A stretch of DNA of 64,000 bases, taken from assembly GCA_030390025.1 (NCBI GenBank), contig CM059432.1:124684001-124748000 (forward strand), read 5' to 3'. Both the position numbers and the translations under genes were made by a program. Positions 35,970 to 48,494 of this stretch are shown here, piece after piece. The DNA comes from Squalus acanthias. Taxonomy: Eukaryota. Every line of letters begins with the position of its first letter. The first letter of the stretch is position 1. The notes beneath the pieces are model-generated. The model was not told the origin of the DNA. It saw only the letters and a program-made list of their open reading frames with translations, and did not search any database.

Positions 35970-37838
35970 CCATTTAATTAGATCATGTCTGATTTGTATC
36001 TTAACTCCATTTACTCGTCTTGGTTCCATATCCCTTAATACCGTGGCTAGACAAAAATCTTATCAATCTCAGTTTTCAAATTCTCAATTGGCCGAGCTTC
36101 AACAGTTTTTTGGGGGAGAGAGTTCCAGATTTTCATTACCCTTTGTGTGAAGAAGTTCTTCCTGACATCACCCTGACTGAACAGCCTAGCTCTAATTTTA
36201 AGGTTGTGCCCCCTTGTTCTGGACTCACCCACCAGAGGAAATAGTTTCTCTCTATCTACCCTACCAACTCCTTTAATCATCTTAAACACCTCAATTAGAT
36301 CACCCCTTATATATCTTCGATACTCAAGGGAATACAAGCCTAGTCTATGCAACCTGTCCTCATAATTTAACCCCTTTAGCCCCGGTATCATTCTGGTGAA
36401 TCTGCGCTGCACCCCCTCCAAGGCCAATATATCCTTCCTGAGGTGCCCAGAACTGATTGCAGTACTCCAGATGCGGTTTAACCAGAGCTTTATACAACTG
36501 TAGTGTAACTTCCACCAATTTGCATTCCAGCCCCCTTGAGATAAAGGCTAACATTCCATTAGCCGTGTTGATTATTATTTGTACCTGTCTATTAGTTTTT
36601 AGTGATTTTTGTACATGGACCCCTAAATCACTCTGCTCCTCCACAGTTGCTAGCTTCTCACAATTTAGAAAATACTCTACCTTTCTTAGGTCCAAAGTGG
36701 ATGACCTCACACTGAACTCCATCTGCCATAGTTTTGCCCACTCACTTAATCTATCAAAGTCTCTTTGCAACTTTCTGCTCCCATGTACACTACTTACTGT
36801 GCCACCAAACTTAGTGTTGTCAGAAAATTTGGATATACGGCTCTCTTTTCCTTTATCTAAGTCATTGATAAATGGCTGTAACTATTTGCAACACCAAAGT
36901 TCTGATTGGTCCCCTTGGAGGACAAGATCAGATATCTGATTGGTCCCCTTGGAGGACAAGACATACCCAGAAGTTTGTCTGGAATGCGTAATTAGATCCT
37001 GCCTACCTGCGTAATCAAGATCTTTGCGACGTGTAATTTGATTCTTTCACTGTGACAACCAGGCTCCAGAGCTCACAGTGCTAACACTACTGCTTTCAGA
37101 GAACAGACAGGGCACACCCTCCCAGGTTAGGAGCGCTCACACTGCTGAGTTCAGATTGGAAGGGGTGAGGCTATGGAGGGATGTTAACATGAGGATGATA
37201 ATTTTAAAATCAAGGTGTTGGTGGACAATGTTCCCCCTAAATTTTTTGGGTGCGCGGTCGATTAACGGGCTGCGGGGGACCTCCAGGGATGATGGGTGAC
37301 TGGGACTTGCTGCGTGTTCGGATACGTGCAGCAGAGTTTTGGATGCGCTCAAGCTCATTGAGGGTGGAAGATGGGAGGCTGGCCAGGAGAATATTTGAAT
37401 ATTCAAGTCCGGCAAATAACACATAAATGTAATGTTAAGCATGTTGTAGGACCAACACTGAATATGCTCTCATTTTTTAATACTTATTTATTTATTGTCT
37501 ATCACTAGTTGCCCTTGTGAGGGTGGTAGTAAGTTGATCTCTTGAACTGCTGCGGTCTGGGGGTGGGGGAGGAGAGGGAGAGCGTGGTGCAGGTATAAAG
37601 GGGGTCTTGCTCTTATCCCCCCACCCCCCCCCCTTTGGACCTGGATCACTTCTTCCTCCTCCCCACTGTTTCACCGTGCTCCCCCCAACAAGTTCCTGAC
37701 CTTCTCTCCCTCAGTTCCTGACCTCCCCCCTGAGCTCCTGTCCTTCTCCACCCCATCCAAGTGCCTGACCGTCTCCCCACTCTCTGAGCTCCACACCCCC
37801 CCTTTGAACCCCTCTCTTCTCTCTCCCCCTTCGATCCC

Positions 37839-39628
37839 CTGGCAAACTGTAACTAGTGGAGTGCCACAGGGATCAGTGCTCGGGCCTCAGCTGTTTACAA
37901 TCTATATTAATGACTTGGATGAAGGGACCGAGTGTAATGTAGCCAAATTTGCTGATGATACAAAGATACGTGGGAAAGGAAGTTGTGAAGAGGACACCAA
38001 GAATGTGCAAAGGGATATAGATAGGTTAAGTGAGTGGGCAATGTGGGAAAATGTGAGGTTATCCACTTTGGTAGGATAAATAAAAAAGCAAATTATTATT
38101 TAAATGAAGAGAGACTACAAAATGCTGCGGTACAGAGGGATCGGGGGGTACTTTTTTAAAAATTCGTTTATGGGATGTGGGCGTCGCTGGCAAGGCCAGC
38201 ATTTATTGCCCATTCCTAATTGCCCTTGAGAAGGTGGTGGTGAGCCATCTTCTTGAACCGCTGCAGTCCGTGTGGCGAAGGTACTCCCACAATGCTGTTA
38301 GGGAGGGAGTTCCAGGATTTTGGCCCAGCGACGATGAAGGATCAGCGATATACTTCTAAGTCAGGATGGTGTGTGACTTGGAGGGGAACTTGGTGGGTGG
38401 TGTTCCCATGCGCCTGCTGCCCGTGTCCTTATAGGTGGAAGAGGTCACGGGTTTGGGAGGTTCTGCCAAAGAAGCCTTGACAAGTTGCTGCAGTGCATCT
38501 TGTAGATGGTACACACTGCAGCCACGGTACGCCAGTGGTGGAGGGAGTGAATGTTTAAGGTGGTGGATGGGGTGCCAATCAAGTGGGCTGTTTTGTCCTG
38601 GATGGTGTCGAGCTTCTTGAGTGTTGTTGGAGCTGCACTCATCCAGGCAAGTGGAAAGTATTGCATCACACTGCTGACTTGTGCCTTATAGATGGTGGAA
38701 AGTCTTTGGGAGTCAGGAGGTCCAGAACACCTGGCCTCTGACCTGCTCTTATTACCGCAGTATTTATGTGGCTGGTCCAGTTAAGTTTCTGGTCAATGGT
38801 GACCCCCAGGATATTGATGGTGGGGGATTCGGCGATGGTAATGCCGTTGAATGTCATGGGGCGGTGGTTAGATTCTCGCTCGTTGGATATAGTCATTGCC
38901 TGGCACTTCTGTGGCGCGAATGTTATAGGTACAGCAAGTAATTAGGACAGGTACAGCAAGTAATTCGGAAGGCTAATGGAATGTTGGCCTTTATTGCAAG
39001 GGGGATGGAGTATAAAAGTAGGGAAGTCTTGCTACAACTGTACAGGGCGTTGGTGAGACCACACCTGCAGTACTGCGTACAGTTTTGGTCTCCTTATTTA
39101 AGGAGGGATATACTTGCATTGGAGACAGTTCAAAGAAGGTTCACTAGGTTGATTCCTGAGGTGAAGGGGTTGTCTTATGAAGAAAGGTTGAGCAGGTTGG
39201 GTCTATACTTATTGCAGTTTAGAAGAATGAGAGGTGATCTTATTGAAACATATAAGATTCTGAGGGGGCTTGTCAGGGTAGATGCAGAGAGGATGTTTCC
39301 CCTCGTGGGGGAATCTAGAACTAGGGGGCATAGTTTCAGAATAAGGGGTCGCCCATTTAAAACGGAGATGAGGAGGAATTTCTTCTCTCAGAGGGTCGTG
39401 AATCTTTGGAATTCTCTACCCCAGAGAGCTGTGGAGGCTGGGTCATTGAATATATTTAAGGTGGCGATAGACAGATTTTTGAATGATAAGGGAGTCAAGC
39501 GTTATGGGGAGCGGGCAGGAAAGTGGAGTTGAGGCCGAGACCAGATCAGCCATGATCTTATTGAATGGCGGAGCAGGCTCGAGGGGCTAAATAGCCTACT
39601 CCTGCTTCGATTTCTTATATTCTTATGT
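37839..39628 (+). mobile_element. CR1 LINE 3' part, split by another LINE
   Basis: [24 protein letters not shown] 38981..39532, 3' hairpin and tail. Confidence 0.92.
38152..38925 (-). mobile_element. 3' part of a different non-LTR retrotransposon (CR1/L2-group-like, clade not resolved)
   Basis: INILGVTIDQKLNWTSHI and PLAWMSAAPTTLKKLDTIQDK; tail AATAAATGCTGGCCTTGCCAGCGACGCCCACATCCC followed by an A-rich end. Confidence 0.8.
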
Positions 39629-40304
39629 TCTCCTCTCCCCCACTTCAATCCCCTCTCCTCCCTCCCCCCTTTGATCCCCTGCCCCCCTTGATCCCCTCTC
39701 CTCCCTCCCCTCCCTTCGATCTGCACAGAACCGAAAAAAGCGTGGTGGTGCAGGCAGCAACTGCCACACCATTGGGTACTGCACAGGCACGACCGGATCG
39801 AGTGCGCATGCGCAATACCAAATGGGCGCGCATGCACAGACAGAGTCAAAAACACTGTGTAAATAATCACTCCGTTGATATAGTGAAAAGCTGAGCCACC
39901 AGTACAGATCCCTGGGAGACACCACGAGTCACATCCAACCAATTGCAGTACATAACCATTGTCCCTACTCTCCGTCTCCTACCTCCTAACCAATTCCCTA
40001 GCCATGTCTATAAGTTGCCTCCAATTCCATGTGCTTTCATTTTGCTAACAGTCTCTTGTGTGGACTGTGGAGCCTTATCAAATGCCTTCTGGAAATCAGG
40101 GAAAGAGTCGTATTTGAGCGGTCAACGTCTATGAGGAAGTGTGAAGTGTGACATTTATAATCAATAAAACATTAATCGACTGAAAACTCCAGATTGGAAA
40201 CAGTCAGTCAGGTCCACCTGAGAACACAACATTCAGCTCCTCTTATTCCTCAAAACCATGTTTTTATGTATTTTAGTGTTTAAAAAGTTATTTCAGGGTA
40301 CATT

Positions 40305-40745
40305 GGCCTAGAAATTGGATATGGCCATGAAACGGGCAGTTAAGGCCCAACGATGTTAAGCTGCGCCAGGTCAAAATGGTCTAGGTAGCACACAAAATTC
40401 GTGCTCAATCCTCATTAACATGATTGTATTAACATGATTGTAGTCTTGATCTCAGCGTTAAAACCGCTGCTCATTGGCTTACTGCACTTAAGGCATGCCG
40501 GTAAATGGAGCGGCGAAGTCAAAACTCACAGATCGGGCGTCAAGTGAGCGTTGCACACTCACTGGCGTCACGACCTGCATAATCTACATATCCCTAGTGA
40601 GTGTGGACATCGGCAGCGCTGCCAGCCATCCAAAAATGGCAGCCGCCGCGGGACCCACCGGCAGAGGACAGAAGAGCGGCCGCCACCATTTTTTCGCCTG
40701 AATCTGGCAGTAATGGTTGGCGCTAAACCCCCAAATTTCTAGGCC
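40305..40745. mobile_element. MITE, probably Harbinger type
   Basis: Perfect 16-bp inverted repeat CATTGGCCTAGAAATT (from 40301) / AATTTCTAGGCCAATG (to 40749); CpG-rich interior. Confidence 0.8.
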
Positions 40746-41744
40746 AATGGCTTTTATTTCCCATACAAGAAAATAATTCTTCGACTGAATCAACATAGAA
40801 ATATAAACCAGAAATTACTGTTGCGAATAATAGCAGACAAAGGCTTAACATGTTCAAATGACTTTCCTTCTGCTATTTTAATGGAACACATTAAGCCATT
40901 TATTTTAATAGGTGAACTCCTCTGTCAAAATGGCGGACAGAGTAATGTTGCATTATCAACAACAGTCATTTCTAGCCTCAGATGTTAGAAATTGTTTGAA
41001 ATGCGCAGCACCATAATTAGCCTCTAAAAGAGGAAAAGGCAGGCTCATGTTTGGGTGTGGCCTATTATCAGAACTCAGTTCTAAGATTTTATCTCAATTA
41101 TTGACTTACCCTTATCCTTCATGCAGCTACTTAAAAATCAAAGGTGTTTATTTAAAATGGGTAAATTAGCACAGCCTCAATACATGTAATCCCACACCTG
41201 CCTTTGGGCTGCCATGAGTTCAGGACAGATGCCACAGTGAGCCAGTTTTGTCTTGTGAATGTAGAATGCATTGCTGTTTAGGATCATTATAAGATTTCAG
41301 TTCACAAGTTAATGTGATATATCTGAGATTAGATTTACTGTACTTTGTAAAGTTTGTTTGAAGTTCCTAAAACTACTTTATTTTAATATTTAACATACAA
41401 GTAATCCTTCCAGGAGAAATTATTTTTAGCTTGAAAGGCAAAATACAGCAGTCTCCAAAGTGTGCCAGATACATCAAATAAAGTACCAAAAATTAAGATG
41501 TTCTGGGGATAATCCCCCCTGTCCCTCTATGAAATAAATCTCATGCCTTTAGCACTCACATCTTCCATTCAGTAAATTCTAAATTCACCACTGCTGCACA
41601 TACATTTTTTTTCTACTGTAGTAAAAATGATGGAATGTTAAGTATACAGCAATGTTGAATACGCAGGTTAACTTATGGTAAGACCATGTCCCACTGCATT
41701 TTCAGTATAACTCCTCGTCTTCACAGATCTGAAGATTTGCATTT

Positions 41745-42040
41745 AGTTTGCTCAGTTGGTAGCAGCCTCGTCAGGTTGTGGATTCAAGTCTCACCACAGA
41801 CTTGAACACATAATTGAGGCTGATATTTCAGTGCAGTACTGAGGGAGTGCTGTATTGTACTATTCAAAGAGCAGGACATTCTTCTAAGATCCCGGCCAAC
41901 ATTCATTCCTCAAATAGTGCCACCAAAAGCAGATTACCTGGTCATTTATCCTGTTACTATTTGCTGTGTGTAAATTGGCTGCCATGCTTTTTGAGATGTC
42001 TAAAATATCTTAAAGCCACTATATAAATGGAATTCCTTTA
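41745..42040 (+). mobile_element. Deu-SINE, decayed and internally deleted
   Basis: GCTCAGTTGGTAGCA head and CAGTGCAGTACTGAGGGAGTGCTG core segment. Confidence 0.7.
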
Positions 42041-42134
42041 CTTACGGCTGCTTTTGGTCTAATAGCTTTTTTAGGGCTGTGTCAGCTTTTTTGAAGTTAT
42101 TGGTCAGTTTTTACCAGTTTCCTAGGTTGGCAAT

Positions 42135-42445
42135 GTTGAGGGGTCAAGAATAAGGGGTCATAGATAAAAGATTACATGCAAGAGATTTAGAACAGAGAGC
42201 AGAAGTAACTTGTTTACAAAGAGAATGCTGAATTCACTTTCAGGATTAATGATTGAGGCAGAACTATGTCAACATTCAAAATTGGACCGGATTGGCGAAT
42301 GAAGGAAAATAAGTTGAAGGGATATGGGAACTGGATGAGTAAATGTGATTAGGAATATTTGCTCACGTGGAGGGTAAATGCTGACATGGACTGGTTAAGG
42401 TTAAGCCAAATGGTCTGTTTCCATGTTGTAACTTCTACGCATTTC
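42135..42445 (+). mobile_element. Old CR1 3' end
   Basis: Degenerate match to the CR1 C-terminal coding region and a ..TTTCTATG tail. Confidence 0.65.
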
Positions 42446-42625
42446 TATGTATGGCATTCCATGAAGGCGGGGAATGAGGTTGACATGTGGGGGAAGTTGA
42501 TGTGGAGGTGAAGTCGAAAAAGGAGAGAAGGAAGGCAGAAAAATCAGAGGGCAATGAAACAGGATAGGTTCCTGTGCAAGTTGAAATCGCCAAAGACCTG
42601 GTTGAGACTGGGAGTGGAATGGAAG

Positions 42626-42880
42626 AAAATAAAAACAGAAAGTGGTGGAAATACTCAGCAGGTCAGGTAGCATCTGTGGCGAGAGAAACAGAGTTAACGT
42701 TTCAGGTTGATGACCTTTCGTCAGAACTGGAAAAAGTTAGAGATGTAACAGGTTTTAAGCAAGTGCAGGGGCAGGGGAGGAAAGAACAAAGGGGAAGATC
42801 TGTGATCGGGTGGAAGATAGGAGTGATTAAATGACAAAAGGGATGATAGTGCAAGGCAAAAGGAATGGAAGTGAAATGGA
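42626..42880 (-). mobile_element. Penelope-like pLTR fragment with hammerhead motif (42692-42728)
   Basis: Minus strand AGTT-CTGACGA-A-AGGT CATCA ACCT-GAAA-CGTT-AACT; homologous to about 62210-62460. Confidence 0.8.
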
Positions 42881-43039
42881 AGAGTTCCATATATTAAATA
42901 GCCCTATAATCTTCCTGACTCTTTCAGATCAAAAATGTCATTGGTAACATTGTCTCAAATGCTAATACCTCTGCAACTGAATTTAAAAAAAAAGATAAGC
43001 TGCATCATTTAAAAAAAAGTTAGCACCTACGTTTAAGCC

Positions 43040-43141
43040 TCAGTACTAGGCCTCGTTTCCATGACAGCGGAGGAGCTGCAGAGTGAGCGCGCGTGCGCAG
43101 AAGGGCTCGGCTCAGCCTCTCCTCACAAGCAAAATGGCAGC
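43040..43141 (+). promoter_or_regulatory. Small CpG-rich promoter/5' UTR of TMX3
   Basis: RFX X-box-like GTTTCCATGACAGC 43055-43068, NRF1-like GCGCGTGCGCA 43089-43099, YY1-like CAAAATGGCAGC overlapping the ATG. Confidence 0.7.
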
Positions 43142-43179
43142 GAGTGCGGCGGCGCAGCTTGTGCTGCTGCTGTGTGGAG
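43134..43179 (+). CDS. TMX3: TMX3 coding exon 1 (signal peptide, MAASAAAQLVLLLCG)
   Basis: 46 nt, Kozak-like AAAATGG, donor GAG|GTGAGC, phase 1; splices in frame to the next two exons. Confidence 0.88.
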
Positions 43180-43326
43180 GTGAGCGCCGCGGGGCGGCTT
43201 GTGGTCCCCGAATTACTGAATGCCTTTAGGTTTAAAAGGAAGAAGGATAAAAACACAATCAAAACAATTCATCAGCTTCCTCGGTGCCTTTGATTTAGAT
43301 GTGTTTTGTCTCTCTTTCTATTGCAG

Positions 43327-43381
43327 TGGCTGTTTTCCGGACCGCTGCGGTGTCTTCCTTTGCTATAGATTTGGATGAATC
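43327..43381 (+). CDS. TMX3: TMX3 coding exon 2 (VAVFRTAAVSSFAIDLDES)
   Basis: Acceptor CTCTTTCTATTGCAG, donor GTAAGT, 55 nt; FAIDLDES matches vertebrate TMX3 FVEDLDES as I recall it. Confidence 0.92.
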
Positions 43382-45019
43382 GTAAGTAGTCGCACACTGA
43401 GCTTGTGGAGAGTGATATAGTGTCTGTGGAGAGTGATATAGTGTCTGTCACGCTTGTATTAAACAAGATACGAAACTGTACACACTCGAACTGGACAGGG
43501 TGAAACATTTTATTTAAAGCAATCCTAAGCCATGTGCATTTGTCAAAAATGCAATTTGTGTCTGTGTTTTATATTAAATGCATATTAATTCCCGCACAGT
43601 TTTTTTTTGGGGGGGGGGGGATTGCAATACTGACCAGGAGTCAAACGAATATAAGAAAGATGATGCTGTGAACTCCTGAAGACGCATTATGGGTACTTTC
43701 AGTTCCCCTCAAGCTATATGTAAATCACAGCCAGGCCAAAGCGTTTGAAACTCACTGGTCAGGTAATGTTCCCATAGGGAGGAAGAATTTCCTACTGCAG
43801 TTTTGTGAAGCGAAATAGCTCTAAAATGAGTTACTCCGCTTTGAGTGAGATAGATCAGACTGTGTTAAATGGTAGTTAATTTGTTGCAATGCCAGTTGTG
43901 TTCGTATAGAGTTTTGTTATTTATCTTTGCAGGGCAAAATCCAAATTGGAGCTGTGGAATTACTGTAGTCAAGTCTACATTCTATAATGTATGTGAAGTT
44001 CACCCTATTAGATTTCAGTGCGTTTGTTTCAGGGGACAGTTGTTCTGTGCATCACTGCTGACAGCAGTCAGCATAACTGCATATGCATGTTTCTGCAATG
44101 AATATACTATTTACATAGTGTACAATTTGCAAAGATTGTGGAATATGATATTTTATGAATTTAGATATTGTAGCTACAGCTGGAGGATTGGATGAGAACA
44201 GCTGCAGGAACCTTTTTGTGCAATGTATGTTAGCAGCTGTGCTGGTTAGAGCCTACCTGCAGTAGATGTGCTGACTCTATTTTAAATATGAGCTGTCTTT
44301 ATTGTGCAGTAAACTATTTACATGTGTCTGTATGTGTAAAGTTACAATGATTCGGGCTGGTGGCTGGCTGTGTCCTGCATGTTAATACGGTAATGCTAAA
44401 ACATAGCATGGCTGCTATGAAGATTCTGCTCACTTTGTGGGAGTGTTGCTTTGAGTGTCCTTGTTGGAAATATATCCTGTTCTATATCATTCAAGTGAAT
44501 GAGTCTTGCTTTGCTGTTAAAGAAAATATATCCATGCTAAGGCCCAGAATAAAAGTGGTCTTAATACACAATACATTTTTCCTTCAAAAATCATATCTCT
44601 TGCTGACTTAAGATTGGCAGCTGTCTCTCCTCTTCTCCCCGCCCCCCCTTGCCTTGCCTTGCCTTGACTAGAGTGCAATGGCCAATGTAGCATTCGAACT
44701 GATACCCTGGCTGATTTATTGAATTGAACCTTGGCCCTTTTGATCTTGATGGCATCACATCTACCCACTAAGCATTTACCCCAAAAAGGTAACCTGTAGT
44801 TATTGAGGTCACAGTTACAGTTTTTGTGTGACTTTCCTTGAGTACTACTTCATAGAATCAAATAATTGATATCAGTTGAAGATTTTAGCAGAGAGGGTCG
44901 TGTTGCTTTGTCAAATATGTTCTAAGTACACTGAAATAATTTCTGTAGAATTGCAGTTGGTTCTGAATGTAGTGCTAATTTAAAAAAAACTAAGTTTGTA
45001 GACTGGAAAGATGGGATAA

Positions 45020-46505
45020 TCCGAAATAGTGAACACAGACTTGTCATGCTTGACTAATTTAATGGAATTCTTTGGGGAAATTAGAGTCTGTAGACTTGGA
45101 GAATGCAGGAGATAGATATTGGTGTATTTAGACTTTCCAAAAACACTTTGAGAAAGTGCCACATGAGACTTGTTACAAAGTTAAGGTCCTTTATATTAAA
45201 TGTAAAGCGGCAGCATGGATGAAGGATGGAAAGCGAAGGGTATAGTTTCAGATTGGGAAGAGGTTAGTGGTGTGCCCCAAGGATATCTTTAGTACTTCTC
45301 TTCATATAAGGAAGAAAAAAGGAATTTATGTAGCATCTTTCACGTCCTCCAGTCGTCCCAAAGTGCTTTAAAGCCAATGAAGTACTTTTATTTTTTTGAA
45401 GTGTAGTTAGTCACTGTTGTAATGCAGGAAATGTGACAGCCAATTTGCTGTTAAGGTCCCACAAACAGCAATGTGATAATGACTAGATAATAATGCATAA
45501 ATTATATGCAGATGGACTAATCTTAAAATTTGCTGACAACAACAAAAAATTACTCAGCATAGCAAACCGTGTGGAAGAACATGGGCCTTCAGAAGAATAT
45601 TGACCGGTTAGGGAAATGGGTGATATGTGGCAAATTCAGTTAATTGTAAATAAATTAGAATTACATTCTTTCCGGATCTGATTGACAGCAGCAATAATAG
45701 CAGAATCTAAACCCTGCTGTCACATGTGAACTCGCTGGTGTCTCAGCAAGTGGGATGAACAAGTGAATTTTTTTTGGGGGGGCGGGATGGTGACTAAGAA
45801 TGAAACTATAACCTAAATAAACTTTAAAACAGAACTTCAATTGGATAAAGGTCATAAAAAGGGCAAATAGCATTCTGTGTTTTATGTAAAAGGGCAACAA
45901 TTACAAAAGCAAGGAGGTGATAAATCTGTACAAGACATGGTTGGAGCACACTTGGAGCATTGTGTGCATTTTTTGGTATCCAAAAAATATTGGGATGCAA
46001 AAGATGCAATGTGGATTTACTATCATGATACCAAGGATGAAAGGATATAGGTAGGATCACAGACTTACAAAAATAGGGCTGTTTTCATTAAATTGTTGGA
46101 ACAGAAGGGGTATGGGAAGGATCTAAAAGCAGTGTTCAAAGTTTTGAAAGAGTTAGGGAGAGTAACTAGAATATTATTTCAACTGGTTGGTGAATGGGTA
46201 ACAATGGGGCATACATTTAGGATTACTACTGAAAGCATAAAGGGGATGGTTAGAAGAAATGTTCTTTATGCATCAGGTTATTAGAATATAAAATTCATTA
46301 CTGTGAGTGGCTGTCGAAGCAGTGTCGATCATAGCATTTAAGAGGGAACTAAAGTAAATATTCGATGGGGGAAAATATATTAAAGGCTACAGAGAAGAGC
46401 AAGATAATGGGATTAGAATAGATAGTGCTGATGAGGTAGGACTAGTACAGTCCTGGTTCAGTGAGCTGAAAGGTACCCTCCTGTGCTGATATTTCTATGG
46501 TTTTA
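45020..46505 (+). mobile_element. Highly decayed CR1 with a Deu-SINE tail (about 45310-45495, -) inside
   Basis: Degenerate RT segments (GTGTATTTAGACTTTCCAAAA, GGTGTGCCCCAAGGAT, AAATTTGCTGACAAC) and a CR1 3' tail. Confidence 0.7.
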
Positions 46506-46623
46506 TGAAACTATTCTAAACACTGTTATACAAACAGGGCTGTAGTAGAGCTTAACTTTCCATTGTTTATGTGCCCAATGATGTGTAAATGGTCTGCAGG
46601 GTGAGCTAATTCCCTGTGCTTGT

Positions 46624-46726
46624 ACTACTAAATCCAGCTTTCTTATCCTGGCGGCAGAATCACAGACCCAGAAAAAAAACTGGGTCTATGATTCCACCCT
46701 AGGATAAGAGCATAGGATTAACTAGT
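46624..46726. repeat. Imperfect palindrome with an A8 loop
   Basis: TCTTATCCTGGCGGCAGAATCACAGACCCAG-AAAAAAAA-CTGGGTCTATGATTCCACCCTAGGATAAGA; pairing extends outward imperfectly. Confidence 0.8.
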
Positions 46727-48494
46727 GTAAATGGCAGGAGCTGGTTCACAGTTGCCAGATTCCCAGAATTCAACCTAAACAACTAGCAGTACAAAAGTGG
46801 CTTAAGATGTGTAAATCAACAGAACACATCCAGTGCTGATTTAGGATGTCCTGTGTGCATCACAGCTTAGTATGGAGGTATTTTAGTTGCAATGATGAAA
46901 GCAAAGTGGACTCTTGGGCAAGGGTTTACTTTGAGAGAACCCTGTTGTGGTAGACTTTTCAATGGTTCTTCATATCCCAAGAGTTGTTTCAATCTGTTGG
47001 CTGGAAGAATAACTTGGCATGGGATTTAACTTCATATTACAGTATTTGTAAATTTGCTTTAAAGTTTGCAATGTATTCTTGTTCACACTTTGATGGTTAA
47101 TTACTGCAAAGGGAAACAGGCTTTGGTTTTGTAAGTTATGCACTGAAATATAAATGAATTCTTTCTTGGGTGCAGCAAAGTTGTGAAACATTTCCTGTTT
47201 TTATGTTGTCGTCCATTTTAGTTGCTTTGTTTGGTGTCTTGGTTCCTGTTCAAAAAATCTTGTGTAAGTAGTGTTGCAAAGAAGAGGTGAAAAGGAGTAG
47301 GCATGCATTTCACTTTGTGAGAGGCTTCATGTATGTGACTATGTTGTTGGATTGTCTATACTGCTCCAACTCTGTAGAAGCAAATAGCTATAGCATCTCT
47401 TTAAAACTAAATGTGTTTTAGTAATCATTTAGATTTTTCAATGCTTTCATGGTATAAATATATTTAAGGGCTAAAGTTGGTTATATGTAAACACCTCAAG
47501 AGTTCCATCAAAGCAAGCAGTTCAAACTCCCCCCAGCAGCTCTGTTTTTAAATTGAATATTGTTTGCAAATATTGAAGTATGAGGTCTCTAAATGACTCA
47601 CTGGGTAAATGCACCATATAGTCTGATGAGTGGGACCAACAAGTTATTAGATTGAATTATTGGTCTATGCTAAGATAGTTGATCTTGGGTAAGGTGCTAC
47701 ATTTGATCAGTGTTTCTGAGAAAGGATGTGGAGAAAAAAAATCAACCGGGGTTCAAGCTTCTGACTCGCATATTAAGTTTGTTTTTTTCCTTCCTTCTGA
47801 TTGTCATGGGCCACAGCAAAAAGAGCACTTCAGAACTGTTCCTGTGTCCGCCAATTACTGTTGCAGCAAAAAATAAATCACGAAAATGGTTGATATCAGA
47901 AACCATATGAAAACCTAGTATGTATCTAAGGGTATTGTATTATCTAACCCCAGGACCACAGAATAACAGTTTTCTAAACTCACGAGAAAGAAAATCTAGT
48001 CATGTGGCAGTTTTTGTGATGTCCAGCTTTGCACGCATTGGGCCAGATGTTGCTGGAGCAGGGCATCTCGCGACTTTTTTCTGCAACATTCAGCTCCAAA
48101 AAAAATTTGCGCCTCAACTTGCCTGAAGTGCGAGTTGCTAACGGAGTGGTGAGGACAGCAGGACACCTGGGACCTTTGTGAACAACGGGACCAACAGGGC
48201 ATCTCCTTAACCAATGAGATTTAAGGATTGAGAAATAAACGGAGGAAGGACTGAGAAGGGGAGTAAATTAGAGTGAGTGAATTCAATGTCAAATCAAGTA
48301 CAGAAAGAGAAATAGAGAGAGAGAAAGAAAGATTGGATTAAGAGAGAAAAGAAAAAGACGGAAAGGAAAAGTAAAAAAAATTTAAATTAATTTGACATTT
48401 TAAAAATCTCCTAAAATATTTCACTACCTGAAGGAATGACTCCACAGTTTAAATATTCACTTTTTAGGCCTGTGAGGTTGATTGGCAGTCATTA

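Larger units (their letters stand above)
34805..36873 (-). mobile_element. CR1 LINE 3' part; continues at 39878-40097
   Basis: ALEGVQRRFTRMIPG and LVKPHLEYC on the minus strand. The 3' UTR is split by a Penelope element; the RT is broken at 36873 and resumes at 39878. Confidence 0.9.
36874..39877. mobile_element. Unclassified insertion in the CR1, itself carrying nested LINEs
   Basis: Removing it restores the CR1 sequence GTCATTGATAAATATAGTGAAAAGCTG (compare 1963-1989). A 27-bp direct repeat TCTGATTGGTCCCCTTGGAGGACAAGA occurs twice near the left end. Confidence 0.6.

Noticed and set aside
36901..36961. Two 27-bp direct repeats resembling a mini CRISPR array
   Set aside because: Only two copies with a 7-bp spacer, in vertebrate DNA with no cas genes.
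43404..43447. Short tandem duplications (21 bp here; about 20 bp at 49912-49951) and poly-G/C runs
   Set aside because: Ordinary slippage products with no further structure.
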